This document shows positions 35,248 to 47,485 of a stretch of DNA of 64,000 nucleotides, piece by piece. A model generated the notes under the pieces. It was not told the origin of the DNA and did no database searches. It saw only the letters and a list, made by a program, of their open reading frames with translations. The stretch is from Cyanophora paradoxa CCMP329 (taxonomy: Eukaryota; Plantae; Glaucophyta). Both the position numbers and the translations under genes were made by a program. How positions within the stretch are numbered: the stretch's first letter is position 1; each line of letters starts with the position of its first letter. The DNA is taken from contig QPMI01000667.1 of the NCBI GenBank assembly GCA_004431415.1, forward strand, positions 32,031 through 96,030, given 5' to 3'.

Positions 35248-38200
35248 ATGGAGCAAAAGCCGCCGGGTCATGTGGACATCACGCAGCTCCAGAAGGAGCT
35301 GCAGCGAAAAGAGCGTGAGCTAGAGAGGTACGGCGAACGACCCGGAGCCGGCCCCTCGCGCTCCCTAACGCATCGCAGCCTCAAGCAGGCGATGAAGGTG
35401 GAGGACACGGCGACGGAGGCGATCCTGCATGGGCTCGCGACGATGCAGGAGATGGTCCGCGGCCTCACAGACGGCGCGCCCCTGGAGGGCGAAGCCGCTG
35501 CTATCGTGGGGCCGCCGCCGGCCGCCGCCCCCGCCGCCTCGTCCGTCGCCGCCGTGGAGCACGACGTGCTGGTGCAGCGTGCGAACGCGCTCGCCACGGA
35601 GCTCGAGAGGGCGAAGGCAGAGAGCGCGGCCTTGAAGCGAGGTGCCCGCGCCGGTGCGGCGGGGCTTGGGGTCGCCGCTCACGCCCCGGCTCGCAGACCT
35701 GGAGGCTGTGCAGGCGGAGCTGAACAGGACGCAGAGGCAGCTGAGGGAGGCGCATGCCTCAAAAGAGGAGGCGGAAGCCCGTGCGCGCCGCCGCGCGCTC
35801 GCGGCTCGCGGGGCCGGGACGAGCGGGCGGGCGCTTAGGGGCGGCGTCCGAGCTGGAAGCGGTGTGGGCCGAGTCTGAAGCGCGGATCGAGGAGGAGCGG
35901 CGCACTGCGGAGCGGCAGCGCGAGGATGCCGCGACACGGGTGCGCCCGCCCCGCCTCAGCCGTCGCCGCCTTGGCGTGGGGTGAGAGTCGGGGCGGCAGG
36001 CGAAGGAGGAGGCGCTGCTGCAGTCGGCGGAGCAGCAGGCGGCCGGCCTCGTGCAGCGCCTCGAGGAGACCCGCGCCGCCGCCGAGAAGGGCCCGCCCCT
36101 CTCTCTCTCTCTCTCTCTCTTCCCCGCCGGCGCGCGCGGCTTAGGCGGGCGCGCAGCGGTGGCGGAGGCGGAGGGGAAGCTGGAGGTGGAGAGGAAGGAG
36201 CGGGCGAAGGCGCAGCGCCTGGCGGAGCGCCTGCAGGGCGAGCTCCGCCGCGCTCAGGTCGGCGCCCTCCCCCCTGGGTGGAGGAGGTCGCGGGGCCGGC
36301 GCGCTGAGGCGGCGGGCGGGGGCGGGGCAGTCGCAGGCGCAGCAGCTGCAGGGGCAGCTGGACGACCGCTCCGCCGAGCCCGTCCGCCGCCGCTCCTCCG
36401 TCGACCCCGGTGCGCACCCCCGCCCCCGCCCCGCGCCCCGCTCCCCGCCCCGGTCCTGAGGAGGGGCGGCAGAGGGCGTGCTGGCGGCGCTGCGGCGGGA
36501 GCGGGAGCGGGACGCCGAGCTCGTCCGAGTCCTCCGCTCCCAGGCCCGCCCCGCCCCGCCCTGATTCCATCCGCCCCGCCTCGGCGCCCCTCAGGCGCCC
36601 CGCAGCTCGCCACGGCCGAGCAGCGGCTCGCGTCGGAGCGGCAGCGCTCCTCCACCGCCGGCGGGCCGGCGACGCCGGGCACGGCGGGGGCGGCGGAGGG
36701 GGAGGGCGGGGAGGGGGCGGGGGCGCCGGCGGAGGAGGCGGCGGCGATGGGCGACGCGGCGCGCATGGCGGCGCTCCTCCGCGCGGACAAGGACGCCCTC
36801 CAGGCGCGCGCGCCGGGGCGGCGTGGCGCCGGCGCCGGCAGCTGACGCGCGCGCAGGAGGAGCTCGCGGGGGCGCTGCGCAAGGTGCAGGAGCTGCTGGA
36901 CGCGCTGCAGCGCAGCGAGGACGAGGCCCGCACCGCCCGCGAGGCCGCCGCCCGCCTCGACGAGAAGGTGCCCCCACCCGCCCGCCGGCGGCTCGGTGCC
37001 GGGGCGCGGGGCCGAGCTCGGGCGGCAGGTGCGGGACCTGGAGGGGACGGTGGAGAAGCAGAAGAAGCGCATCCTCGACCTCCTGCGCGGCCAGCAGGTG
37101 CGCCCCGCCCCCCGCCCTGCCCCGCGGCCGGCTCGCGCAGGCTGGGCGCCGAGGGGCCCGGGGCGCGGCAGAACCGCGTGGCGATGGAGCGCGACGTGGC
37201 GAAGCTTCGGCAGATCATGAAGCAGCTCAGCAAGGTGCCTGGGGGCCGGGGCCCGGCGCGCGGCGCTGAACGCCGGGCGCTGAGCGAGCGGGGTGGATGG
37301 CGTGCGGGGCGGCAGGAGAACGACGGGCTGTACTTCAAGCTGCACGCGACGTGGTACAAGGAGCCTCCCAAGGAGCCCGTGCCGCCGCCGCACATGCTCA
37401 AGCCGGCCCGGAGCGAGGCCGGCACCCTCACCGAGCCGGCCCCCGCCGCGGGGCTCCCCGAGGCGTCGCCCCCGGCGGGGTGGGAGGCGGGGCGGAGCGC
37501 GGCGAGCTCGCGCGCGTCGACGGCGCTGCTGGCGCCCCCGCGGGGGCCGGGGCCGGGGCCGGGAGGAGGGCCCGGGCTGGAGCGGAAGCCGTCGGGGCTC
37601 TCGGAGTCGGCGGGGCGGCGGCGGCCGTCGCCATGGCCGCCCTCGAGGCCGCCGTCGCCTCCCTCGCCGCCGGCCCCGACGCCGGCCCGAGCCCGACGCA
37701 GGCCCCGAGGCCGAGCCCGAGGCCGAGGCCGAGGCGGCCGCGGCAGGCGCGGAGGAGGCCGAGGGCGCGGCGGTCGCCGCCGGAGGGGAGCTTCCGGCGG
37801 AGGGCGAGGGCGAGGGCGAGGGCGAGGGCGAGGGCGACGCGTCGGCGGAGGCCGCGGTGGCGATCGCGGAGGCGGAGGCGGCGGACGCAGAGGCGGCGGC
37901 GGCAACGGCGGCGGCGGCGGCGGCGGGCCCCGAGCAGACGGAGGAGGAGAGGCGGGAGGCGCAGGTGCGGGCGCTGCAGGCCGGCCGGCGGCGCGCCGAG
38001 TCGGAGCTGCTGCGCGAGCGCCTCGCGAGGCGGGCCGCCCAGCGCGAGGTACAACCCCGGGGCCCCGCGCGCGCCCGGCCGGGCCGGTGAGCCCCGCCCG
38101 CTCGCAGGCGGAGGCGGCGCGCTACGAGCGCGACCGCGCGCAGTGGGAGCGGGACCAGGTGCGCCGGCGGCGGCGGCCGCCTCGCGCGCGAAGCGAGGCG

Positions 38201-39599
38201 CCGCTCACCTCGCGCAGGAGCGGAAGGCGTTCGCGGAGAAGGAGCGGGGCCTGTGGGAGGAGCGGAAGCGGGTGCAGGGCTGGAGCGGCGCCTCCTCGCC
38301 GACGCCCAGGCCGCCGGCGGCCGCGCCCAGGAGGCCCAGCAGCGGTGCCCCGCCCCGCGCCGCGCAGCGCAGCGCCGCGCAGCGGGGGCGCCTGGGCTGA
38401 CGGGCGGCGGGCAGGCTGGAGGAGCTGGAGCGGCTGGCGGGGACGCTGCAGCGCCGCATCGTCGCCGACGCCGCCGTGCGCTCCGACCTCGACCGCGCCC
38501 TCCAGCAGTCCGTCCCCCGCCCCGCACCCTGCCCCGCCCCCCTGCTCCGCTGAGGGCCGGCGCTCGCGGCGCGCTGCAGGCTCGCGGCGGAGCAGGAGGC
38601 GCGCAGGTTCGCGGAGGAGGACCTCGGCCGCATGCGGCGCGCCCCCGGCCCCCCGCGCCCCGCCCCCTGCTCCCTCCCGGCGTGGCTGACGGGGGCGGGG
38701 CAGGCGGCAGCTCTCGCAGGCGAAGCCGCACCTCTTCGGGGCGTGGCCGACCTCGCCCGCGTCTACGCCCCGCGGGGCAGCCCCGGGCCCGCCCCGGCGC
38801 CGCCCCGGGGGCCCGCCGCCCCAGGCGGGCCCGTCGCGGAGGAGCTCGAGCGGGTCCGCCCCCGCCCGGCCCCGCCACGGCAGCCCCGTGACCTCCTCCC
38901 CCCTTCGCGCAGGTGCGGCAGCTGTTCGGGGCGACGCTGACGCTGAACGCGGGGGTACTGGAGCGCCTGGACGGGCTCCTGGCGGCCTCGCAGGCGGGGG
39001 AGGCGGGGGCGGAGGGGGCGGCGGGGCCTGTGCCGGCGGGGAGCTGGCGCGGGAGGCGGGGCAGCTGCGCGCCGCCGTCGCCGCCGTCGCCGAGGCCCGC
39101 GCCGACCTCGGCGACCTCATCGGTGCCCCCCGCCCGCCCCGCCCCCGCCGCCGCCAGCGACCGACGGGCCGGCCGGGGCGGCAGCGTCGCTGGCGGGGGC
39201 CGGGGGCGAGGGGGAGTACGGGGAGGGTGCCGGCAAGGGGGAGCGGCGGGAGTGGGACCGGCAGCGGTCGGAGGCGGTGCGGCGGCTGCAGCACGCGTCC
39301 GTGGACCCGCAGCTCGCACCCATCTTCGCCGCCTACGGCTTCGCGATGCCCCCTCCCCGCCCCGCCCCGCCCCGCCCAAGATCGCCCGCCCGCCCGGCGG
39401 GCCGGCCCCGCGCCCGCCGCCCCTTCCGGCATCCCCCGGGGCCCCGCAGAGCGGCGGGCGCCCCTCGGACCTCCCCCCGCTCCGGCTCGGGACGGCTGAG
39501 CGTGAGTCGCCGCCGGGCTCGCCGCGCTCCGCGGGGGGCGCCGCCACGCCGCCCCTGCCCCCCATCCCCCCGATCCGCGCCGCAATGACCGCGAGGTAG
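35248..39599 (+). CDS. Long coiled-coil protein; multi-exon, function unknown
   Basis: MEQKPPGHVDITQLQKELQRKERELE..., followed by many E/R/A-rich heptad exons separated by short introns. The last exon contains VDPQLAPIFAAYGFAMPP. Confidence 0.75.
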
Positions 39600-39847
39600 C
39601 TTCGGGGCCCGCTGCCCAGCGCGCCCCACTGGATTGAATTCGAGCGTTACAGTTTGCACTTGTGTGTTCATAAATAGATATCGATGGTGCCTGTAGACGG
39701 TGGCGGCGCGTGCACGTGATGTGCTCCTCGTGCTTGAAGGGTATCGCTAGCGCTCCTGATCATGCCAAGAAGAGCGCGCCACGCGCCGCGCGTGCCCGGG
39801 CGCGTCTGGCCGGGCCGCCGGGCCGGGGTCGCGCGCGCTGGTGCTCG

Positions 39848-42016
39848 ATGAAGACGCGACGTATGTTCGTTGCGATCCTCGAATCGGGTTAGTTGATTCG
39901 CCGCTGCCCGTGGCCGTCCGGATCCTTTCGATCGCAACTTCACCAGAGTTCTTGTTCGTCAGCTGATCAGTGAAGCTAGAAAGCTAGCTCAACGCTGCGC
40001 ATTGCCGCCAGCGTCGCGCTAACGTCGCGCTGCGCCTCGCGCAGCGCGCTTTCCGGCAGGCTTCCTCCTCCTGAGCTTGAACCAGTACCAGGCGGCCAAG
40101 GGCGCGACGGCACCGAGCAGCACGAGGAGCACGTCAGTAAGCGCGGCCTGTGCAGATGTGACCAGCATCGCGAGAGTTGTGTACATGTCGCGAACGCAGA
40201 GAAGCCGCGAAGCGGCGAACGAAGTGAGCTCTACCTGTGTCGGTTTTCAGAAGGGGTCGATTTTTTTCGCTAACAAAAACGGGTACAAGCTTCTGAAGAA
40301 CTCAATGGAAAAGATACGTCAGCGCAGACTCGCCGTCACGGTAGTGTTTATTGACGCCGTCACGCTCAGGTAATCATTATGTTAGGGCTTCGGACCTTCG
40401 GTAATTGATAAGTTTAAGAATGGGCTAGGGCATAGTTTGCACCTCAACGCCACGTTGCATGCGCTAAAGCTAGCGCTAACGATGGAGTCGAGGGAACGTA
40501 GATTGGGTGTATCCCCAGGACGACCTGTTTAAGTACCCTGATCGGAGTGCTTTCGATTGCTTCGCCGTCGGCGCTCGCTGCTGTGTAAAGGCCGGGGTTT
40601 CGGAGGTCGTCTTTGTGATCAGGTACGTTTGTCTTTAGTTCTCAGGTTCGTCCGTGTTGAATGCCTAGCGTGCCGTATTGCCGCAGGTCTCTGGACTCGG
40701 CACGTGGGGAACCATGCCCAAGGAAGTCGCAGGTGCTGCGAAAGGCGTGAAACGAATGGTAGGCGCGCTTGGGCTCTGATCTAACCGACTTCGCTCGGCT
40801 ATCAGCGCCTTGCCGCAGTAGGCGCTTGTCTGATCTAACCGACTTCGCTCGGCTATCAGCGCCTCGTCGCCGGGCAGATTGAAACCATAAGCATGTCCTC
40901 GTATAGCTCCAAAACGTTATAGTCGAGCGAGCGCATTATGCTGACTACGCACGGCTATCAGCGTTATCAGCTATCAGCGTTGTTCGGATCTGATTTCACT
41001 TCGGCAGAAACCACGATGTGTCAAGGAAGTGGAGAAGCTTGTGGAGAAGGGGGAGAAATCATCAGAGGATGTGGAGAAGCTGTTGAGAGCCATAGTGAGT
41101 TTCCTTGATCGTGTCTTTTGTTCTGTGAACTTACGCGAATCAGCTCGACGCGTCTCGCCATATGGTGGGCTTTTGGGATTCTGACGATGAAGATAATGAA
41201 TGGGACATGGAGGACGCAGTCCGTATGCTGGGGCATTTGAAATCAGACTCGTTGGGCAACAATGCGAAGTCCGAAGCGCTCGTGAATCTCATTACCGCAA
41301 TTGTATGTTGTGGTGAACATACAGTGTGGAGAGCTGACGTTGCTTTCGAATGGCAGCACAAGTTTTTTGGCTGGCAGCTTCCACGGCCTCTTTACCATGA
41401 AAACGATGTAGAAATCGTGCGTTTATGCTTGGCATGTGTGAAATATGCATAACGACTGATAAATATCAGGCGGCAAGTACGTATGTGAGGATGACCCGAG
41501 AAGACATAGCCAGACCAGCTTTTGTCCTTTCTTGGAATGACGCTATGGCTCTTGAGTGGTTGTGCGGCAAGTTCGTCATTGACGATACGTCTGCAGAGTA
41601 TGTTTTGGGTATGATGTGGTCTTGTCAAGTTTTTGATGCTGTGCAGGAAGGTAGCCTTGGAAAAGTTGCATCTCACTGGACGCAATCTGATCATGTACCC
41701 GATGGAGAAATTGAAAGAGCATCCGAACTACCCTGAGCAGCCTACTAATCGCTTTCTATGGATTTTTTCCAGTCTCGACCATGAAGTGTGTGTTTTTCTT
41801 GCTATTCGTCTGCATTCTGATGTTCACCTATTGCAGATCGAGTTGTTAGTAGAAGAAGCTCGGGCTGAGTGCGTTGATATCTTCACCTGTCATTGTTTTG
41901 TCCTCAACACATTTTTTTGTTGCAGATGCAAGGACGAGAAAAAGTTGAAGGAGATTAACCGACTGTACGAGAGATCCCTTGCTGCAGGACGGGCTCGTTT
42001 GCAGCAGCCAGCATAA
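39848..42016 (+). CDS. Hypothetical multi-exon gene with lower GC than the host genes
   Basis: Exon-like segments bounded by GT/AG: KGSIFFANKNGYKLLKNSMEKI; MVGFWDSDDEDNEWDMEDAVRMLGHL...HENDVEI|AASTYVRM...DDTSAE|KVALEKLHL...SLDHE|...RARLQQPA*. No recognisable family; could be two genes. Confidence 0.4.
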
Positions 42017-42904
42017 GTGAGTGCTTTGCCAGCAGCCAGCATAAGTGAGTGCTTGGCCTAGGACATGTTGTTCGCAATCGTCGTTTTTTGCCCGAACATG
42101 ATAAGCATGCCTAACTATGGATTCAGGTCCTTAGTCAGGAGGGTGATCAACTCCGGACCCGGAGCTCGCCCGCTAGGTTCTTGAAAACAGCAGCGTTTTT
42201 TTCCGGGCCAGATAACAGAGAGTCTAGTGATACATTTACATCTAGCTATATAGGTGTGAATCGCGCTGTCCCGAGGAAGACAACGCAATGTGCATGGACA
42301 GATCCGTGCAACTGTATTTCGTTCCTGTGTAAGTGTCGATCAGGCGCGAGGCGCGAGGCCAAAGGGGGACTGATGCTACAGTAACTTACCGCATCCTCTG
42401 TGACTCTGAGAAAGCTCGTGCCTCGGCAAGTGTCTCGAGTAGACCACAGACAAGAGCAAGCTCTTTCGAGTGGAAGTCCGCCGCTGACACTGTGAGGAAC
42501 CAAGTCGGCACTTTGACCTGTCGATTATGAGCTCTCTGTACTGAGAAATTAGAATAGTGCACGCAGCACCTGTTTTAACGCTGTGCTGTTGTTCATTGCA
42601 AAGACTTCCTGTCGAATCTGTCTCCAGTACGCAGGTGTGTCTCGCAGTCTGCGAAACTTTGAGGGGCAAACTGGCATAGTCTGTCAGTTGCAGGCGCACG
42701 ACTTGAACCATGGTGATAGTCGGTCACGGATGTGAAGCTCCGGCGCGGGTGGTTGCGACGAGTGCACGTTTGTCTTCCGCTCGCGCTCCATCTCTTCGGA
42801 CAGAGCATTTGGTGTGCAGCCCTGGCGCTTGTGCATGTCGTGCCCGCGCTTGTGCGTTTTCAGCGAATGATGGAGCAGTGGGTCTGAGCGCGTGGCGATA
42901 GCTT

Positions 42905-43046
42905 GATAGGAAGGCTTACGCTTGAAAGGTCTACGACTAAAGCCCGGGCGATCTACGCTTGAAAGGTCTACGCTTACGCTTACGCTTGAAAGGTCTACGC
43001 GATCTACGAGGAAGGCTTACGCTTGAAAGGTCTACGCTTGAAAGGT
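42905..43046. repeat. Short imperfect tandem repeat (CTTACGCTTGAAAGGTCTACG units)
   Basis: About five copies of gcttgaaaggt plus ttacgc reiterations. Confidence 0.8.
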
Positions 43047-43429
43047 GGAACGATCTAGGGTACAACGTTTTGACCGCGGCTCCGGCGTCCGCGCTCGGAA
43101 CAATGTACCCTTGTGAACTGTGGCGATCAGGATGCGTGTTTACGAAGGATTGCCTTACGAATGAGTTAGGGAGTGTAGCGATATACTTTTGATGTGATAG
43201 TGAGCTGGTGTTTGGGTTCGATCACGATCGTGTTGGTACCGAATGGGCGAATAAAATCGACGTACCCTGGAGACGGAAGCGAACCAGGCAACGTCGGACT
43301 ATCGTACCGCGCTTTTGCGGTAGATTCAGCATTTGCAGCGTTCTAGCTGCAGCTTCGCTCACTCGCGAGCCGTCGCATCGGTAGCGAGCGTCGGCGGCAG
43401 CGCGTGTTGCTCTTCGGCAGTGCGAAGCG

Positions 43430-46400
43430 ATGGATTCTACATGTACGGGAGAGCGATCTAGTGCTGAGGTCTAGCATTGTTTTCCCGGCGCCCTGCGCAG
43501 TTTCTATGTATGGCTGATGGCTCTGTCAGGCTGGACTGGGTGACGATGAAAAAGGACATCGATCGGCAGTGCGTGGTGTTGTCGAGTTTATCATTGCTAG
43601 TCCTATAGCCGCGCGAGGCGAGTCTTAGCTAGTGTGAACTGCGTCGCTTGCATACCGGAGTTCAGTTGTCGACCAGAAAGGGCATAGTTAACTGCTCATC
43701 CAGGGGGATCAGCACGACGACGATGCTACTTACAGTGGAGAAGGTGAACGGGCAAGTGATGACGCTATGCCGGTACGTGGAGCATTTCGAAGCTATACTA
43801 ATTCGGCGGGCCCTGTAAGTGCATAGCTAATACATCTATCAGGTCGATCAGCGGGACGATGGGGAGTCGAATAAGCGGCGGCGGAGAAACGATAATGACC
43901 AATCAGTGCGTGCTGCCCCGCTCCCCCCTGTCCTCTGGCCCGTCCTGCCCGTTTTGCCCCTACCTCGTCCTGCTATGTATCGTCCTGCTTCCGGCCCATT
44001 CTTCCCGCCCGCCTCGCATCATGCTGATTCCGCCCCGCCTCGTCATGCCCCGTTCTGCCTCGCTTCGCCCCTCCCGGCTCGCCCTGCCTTGCCCCGCATC
44101 GTCCTGCCCCCTCCTCGTCCTTCTCACTCCGTCTTACCCTTTCCCGCCCCGCCCTGACTCGCCCCGTTCCGCTCCGTGTTGGCTTGCACGTCTCTGCCCC
44201 GCTCCGCTCCCCCTGCCTATATGTGGCTCGTCTGGCTCTGTCCCGTCTTGCCTCTCCCCGCCCCAACTCTACATGCCCCGTCGTGGCTTGCACCGCTCTG
44301 GCCCGCTCTGCTCTCCCTGCCTATATCTGGCTCGTCTGGCTCCGTCCCGTCTTGCCTCTCACCGCCCCAATTCTCCATGCCCCGTCTAACTGTCTACGAA
44401 GTCCTTGACGGCTCGTCTACGCAGGTGTCTGATTCGGGTCAGCCTGCTGGTAGTGCTGCTGAGTTTGATGAGGCTGAGGTATATTGTTGTCTGCCCGCCA
44501 TTTCTGTCGCTCCCGTCCTTTGCCCGTCTAACTGTCTACGAAGTCCTTGACGCTCGTCTACACAGGTTCTGATCGGTCAGCTGCTGTAGTGCTGCTGAGT
44601 TGATGAGGCTGAGGTATATTGTTTTGTCTTGCCCGCCATTTCTGTCGCTCCCCGTCCTTTGCCCGTCTAACTGTCTACGAAGTCCTTGAGCTCGTCTACA
44701 CAGTGTCTGATTCGGTCAGCTGCTGGTAGTGCTGCTGAGTTGATGAGCTGAGGTATATTGTTTTCTGCCGCCATTTGTCGCCCCCTTTGCCCCGTCTAAC
44801 TGTCTACGAAGTCCTTGACGGCTCGTCTACACAGGTGTCTGATTCGGGTCAGCCTGCTGGTAGTGCTGCTGAGTTTGATGAGGCTGAGGTATATTGTTTT
44901 GTCTTGCCCCGCCCATTTCTGTCGCTCCCCGTCCTTCTGCACTCCGTTCTGGCCCGCACCCTTCTTCCGCTCTGCCTCTTCGTCTCTTCGCCCCGCACCG
45001 GACTAGTCTGCTCTTACCCGTTCCGTGTTGTTGTGATATTTTGTCTCACTCTGGCCTCTACCTCCTTCACCCCCGCCTTCCCCTGCCTATATCTGGCTCG
45101 TCTGGCTCTGTCCCGTCTTGCCTCTCCCCGCCCCAACTCTACATGCCTTGTCGTGGCTTGCACCGCTCTGGCCCGCTCTGTTCCCCCTGCCTATATCTGG
45201 CTCGTCTGGCTTCGTCCCGTCTTGCCTCTCCCCGCCCCAATTTTGTCTCACTCTGGCCTTCACCTTCCTACACCCCCGCTCCTCGCCCCTCCCAGCTTCA
45301 CCTTGCTCTGTTGCGCCTTGCCATGCCTCACCCCGCCTTGTACTTCAGGTTAATTTGGAAGGCGATAGCCAGTATTCGGTGAGTGGAACTTGCTATATCG
45401 AAACATCGATTTTACAATAATCGTCACATAGCGGGAACAGAAAAGGCATATTTTCTATGAGCACCATCTGTCCTTTAGGGAGCATGGGAACTCCTTGCGC
45501 GACAATCATCTATCACGTACAAAAATTGCAGTGCGTTGACGTAATGAATATAGATCTTTCCTATGTGATGTCTGATTTAAGTTTCCATTGTTTGTGTGAG
45601 GGTGGGTCATGGTATCGATGCCAGATGGTCAACGCAGATGTCTGGAAGTGGTCAGCCTGCAGATAGTGCGGCTTATGATGATGAGGCTGTGGTATATCTC
45701 ATGTCAGTGTATTGTGATGCGAAAGTAATGTGGTTTGCAGGTTGCGAAGAAGAAGAGGGCAGAGGTCGTGTCTTTTTCCAATTAAGATTTTAATATTCGT
45801 TTGCAGCTTCACTCATGCTATTTGCAGGCGATTTTTGGACCGCCTATAGGTCTTTCGGGATGTGACAGTCCATGGGAGTCGAACATTCCAACTAAATTCG
45901 TCATCTTGACGAAGAAGATTTCATTCAGGTCGGCTTTTTAGTTTCTGGTATTGTATTCAAATAAGTCTCGATGCAGTCGCGATTTCGATTTTGATAAGAA
46001 CGAAATTCGGAAACTTACAATTCAGTATGGCATTGTGACCGAGGTAAGTTCATTGTGTTTTTGATGTAATTCTTTTTTTTGAAAGTGATTGATCTTCAGA
46101 GTCATATTTTCATCGTGGTAGATTGGTTTCCTTGTATTGAGGATGCCGCATCTGCGGATTGTTTTATGTACTGTTGTGCGTGCCATGCTTTACTGCTGGT
46201 GTGATCATAATGTGCGGCAGAGTCATGTGAATGACGACTTCGGAATAAGTTCATCGTTTATTTTACAACTGTGGAGGAGTTGAAGTACAGAAAGACATTG
46301 GATGAGATTTCTTCTTATGCAAATGACGCAATGTGCTTCACTGTACTTCACCTACGAGTACTGGCTATTTGTTCGTAATTTCACGTGCATGACGCAACGT

Positions 46401-46678
46401 AGACTTGTGTCATATCTCTTTCTGAATTACGGAGGTATTATTGTCTTCGATATAACGGTACAATGTTTTTTTTTTTTTCTCTTGTCAATGCGTTGCTCAG
46501 ATGAGGCCATATGTGTATTTCGGTATCGCGGTATCATACAAGCAAGGATTTCGTTCGCATCTTTTTTGGCCATGTCTAGTGCTCGAACATTTTTACGCGG
46601 GTAAATGAGCTTGTAATTTTATTTTGATAACTGTATTAACGCAATGAGTGTAGTTTCACGCATGTGCGCGTGTCTATA
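43430..46678 (+). pseudogene. 5' part of a large low-GC multi-exon gene, interrupted by the foldback element; joins to 56431 onward
   Basis: Series of short exons (VSDSGQPAGSAAEFDEAE repeats; VAKKKRAE; MRPYVYFGIAVSYKQGFRSHLFWPCLVLEHFYA). The frame continues across the element when it is removed. The start is approximate. Confidence 0.55.
44380..44935 (+). repeat. Tandem exon-intron duplication (~140-bp unit x4)
   Basis: cccgtctaactgtctacgaagtccttgacggctcgtctac(a/g)cag|gtgtctgattcgggtcagcctgctggtagtgctgctgagtttgatgaggctgag|gtatatt is repeated four times; the middle two copies carry small deletions. Confidence 0.9.
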
Positions 46679-46705
46679 TCTGCACTTTTGGAGTATTGCA
46701 ATACC

Positions 46706-47058
46706 TTCGACAGAATCTGCGACAGAATCAGTCGATAAAATTCGACAGAATCGGTCGACCGATTCTGTCGCAGAATCAGTCGATCGACTGATTCTGTCGA
46801 TCGACTGATTTTGTCGACTGATTCTGTCGCAGAATCAGTCGATAAAATTCGACTGATTCGGTCGACCGATTCTGGCGCAGAATCAGTCGATCGACTGATT
46901 CTGTCGATCGACTGATTTTGTCGACTGATTCTGTCGCAGAATCAGTCGATAAAATTCGACTGATTCGGTCGACCGATTCTGTTGCAGAATCAGTCGATCG
47001 ACTGATTCTGTCGATCGACTGATTTTGTCGACCGATTCTGTCGCAGAGTCTGTCGATC
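46706..47058. repeat. Left subterminal tandem array, 107-bp period, built from palindromic GTCGAC/GATTCTGTCG modules
   Basis: gtcgataaaattcgac recurs at 46731, 46838 and 46945. Confidence 0.92.
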
Positions 47059-47485
47059 TAGATCTGTTGTGTTTTTATTTTTCAACCTAATCTGCCGATC
47101 CATATCTTAATTATAATAAGCCAGTTTTATATATATTCTTAATAATTTGTGGCCTGGCCCTAGGCCTAGGCCTCGCCTGCTGCATGCGCCTGCTGTCTAC
47201 GCGTACGTATACTGGGGTCCTGAATCCTGATCGATATATATATAATATATACTCTCTCGGGCCCAGGCCAGGCGCCTGCCCGGCTCCAGCAATCCAGCAG
47301 GCCCCGGGCGCGCCTTGTGCCCACCTGCCTCTGGTTGCTCTGCAGTCTAGAACTAGAGACCGGCGGACTGTAAATTTAGCTATAGGCAGCACATCAACAC
47401 TGAATCATGCAGCGTGGGGCCTAGCACGAGCAGGCTGAAGGGAGAGGTACTAGGGATTCACATGTAGTACTAGTAATTAACTAGT

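Noticed and set aside
1-39600. Apparent frameshifts in host genes suggesting pseudogenes or programmed frameshifting; also many long antisense ORFs
   Set aside because: The shifts fall in G/C homopolymer runs typical of long-read consensus errors, and the antisense ORFs follow from extreme GC content.
40758-40866. Two copies of a ~36-bp repeat (TCTGATCTAACCGACTTCGCTCGGCTATCAGCGCCT)
   Set aside because: Simple two-unit tandem duplication with similar intervening sequence; not an array.
46706-47058. Palindromic repeat arrays (also 56060-56404) as a CRISPR array
   Set aside because: No unique spacers, no cas genes, eukaryotic context; these are tandem subterminal repeats.
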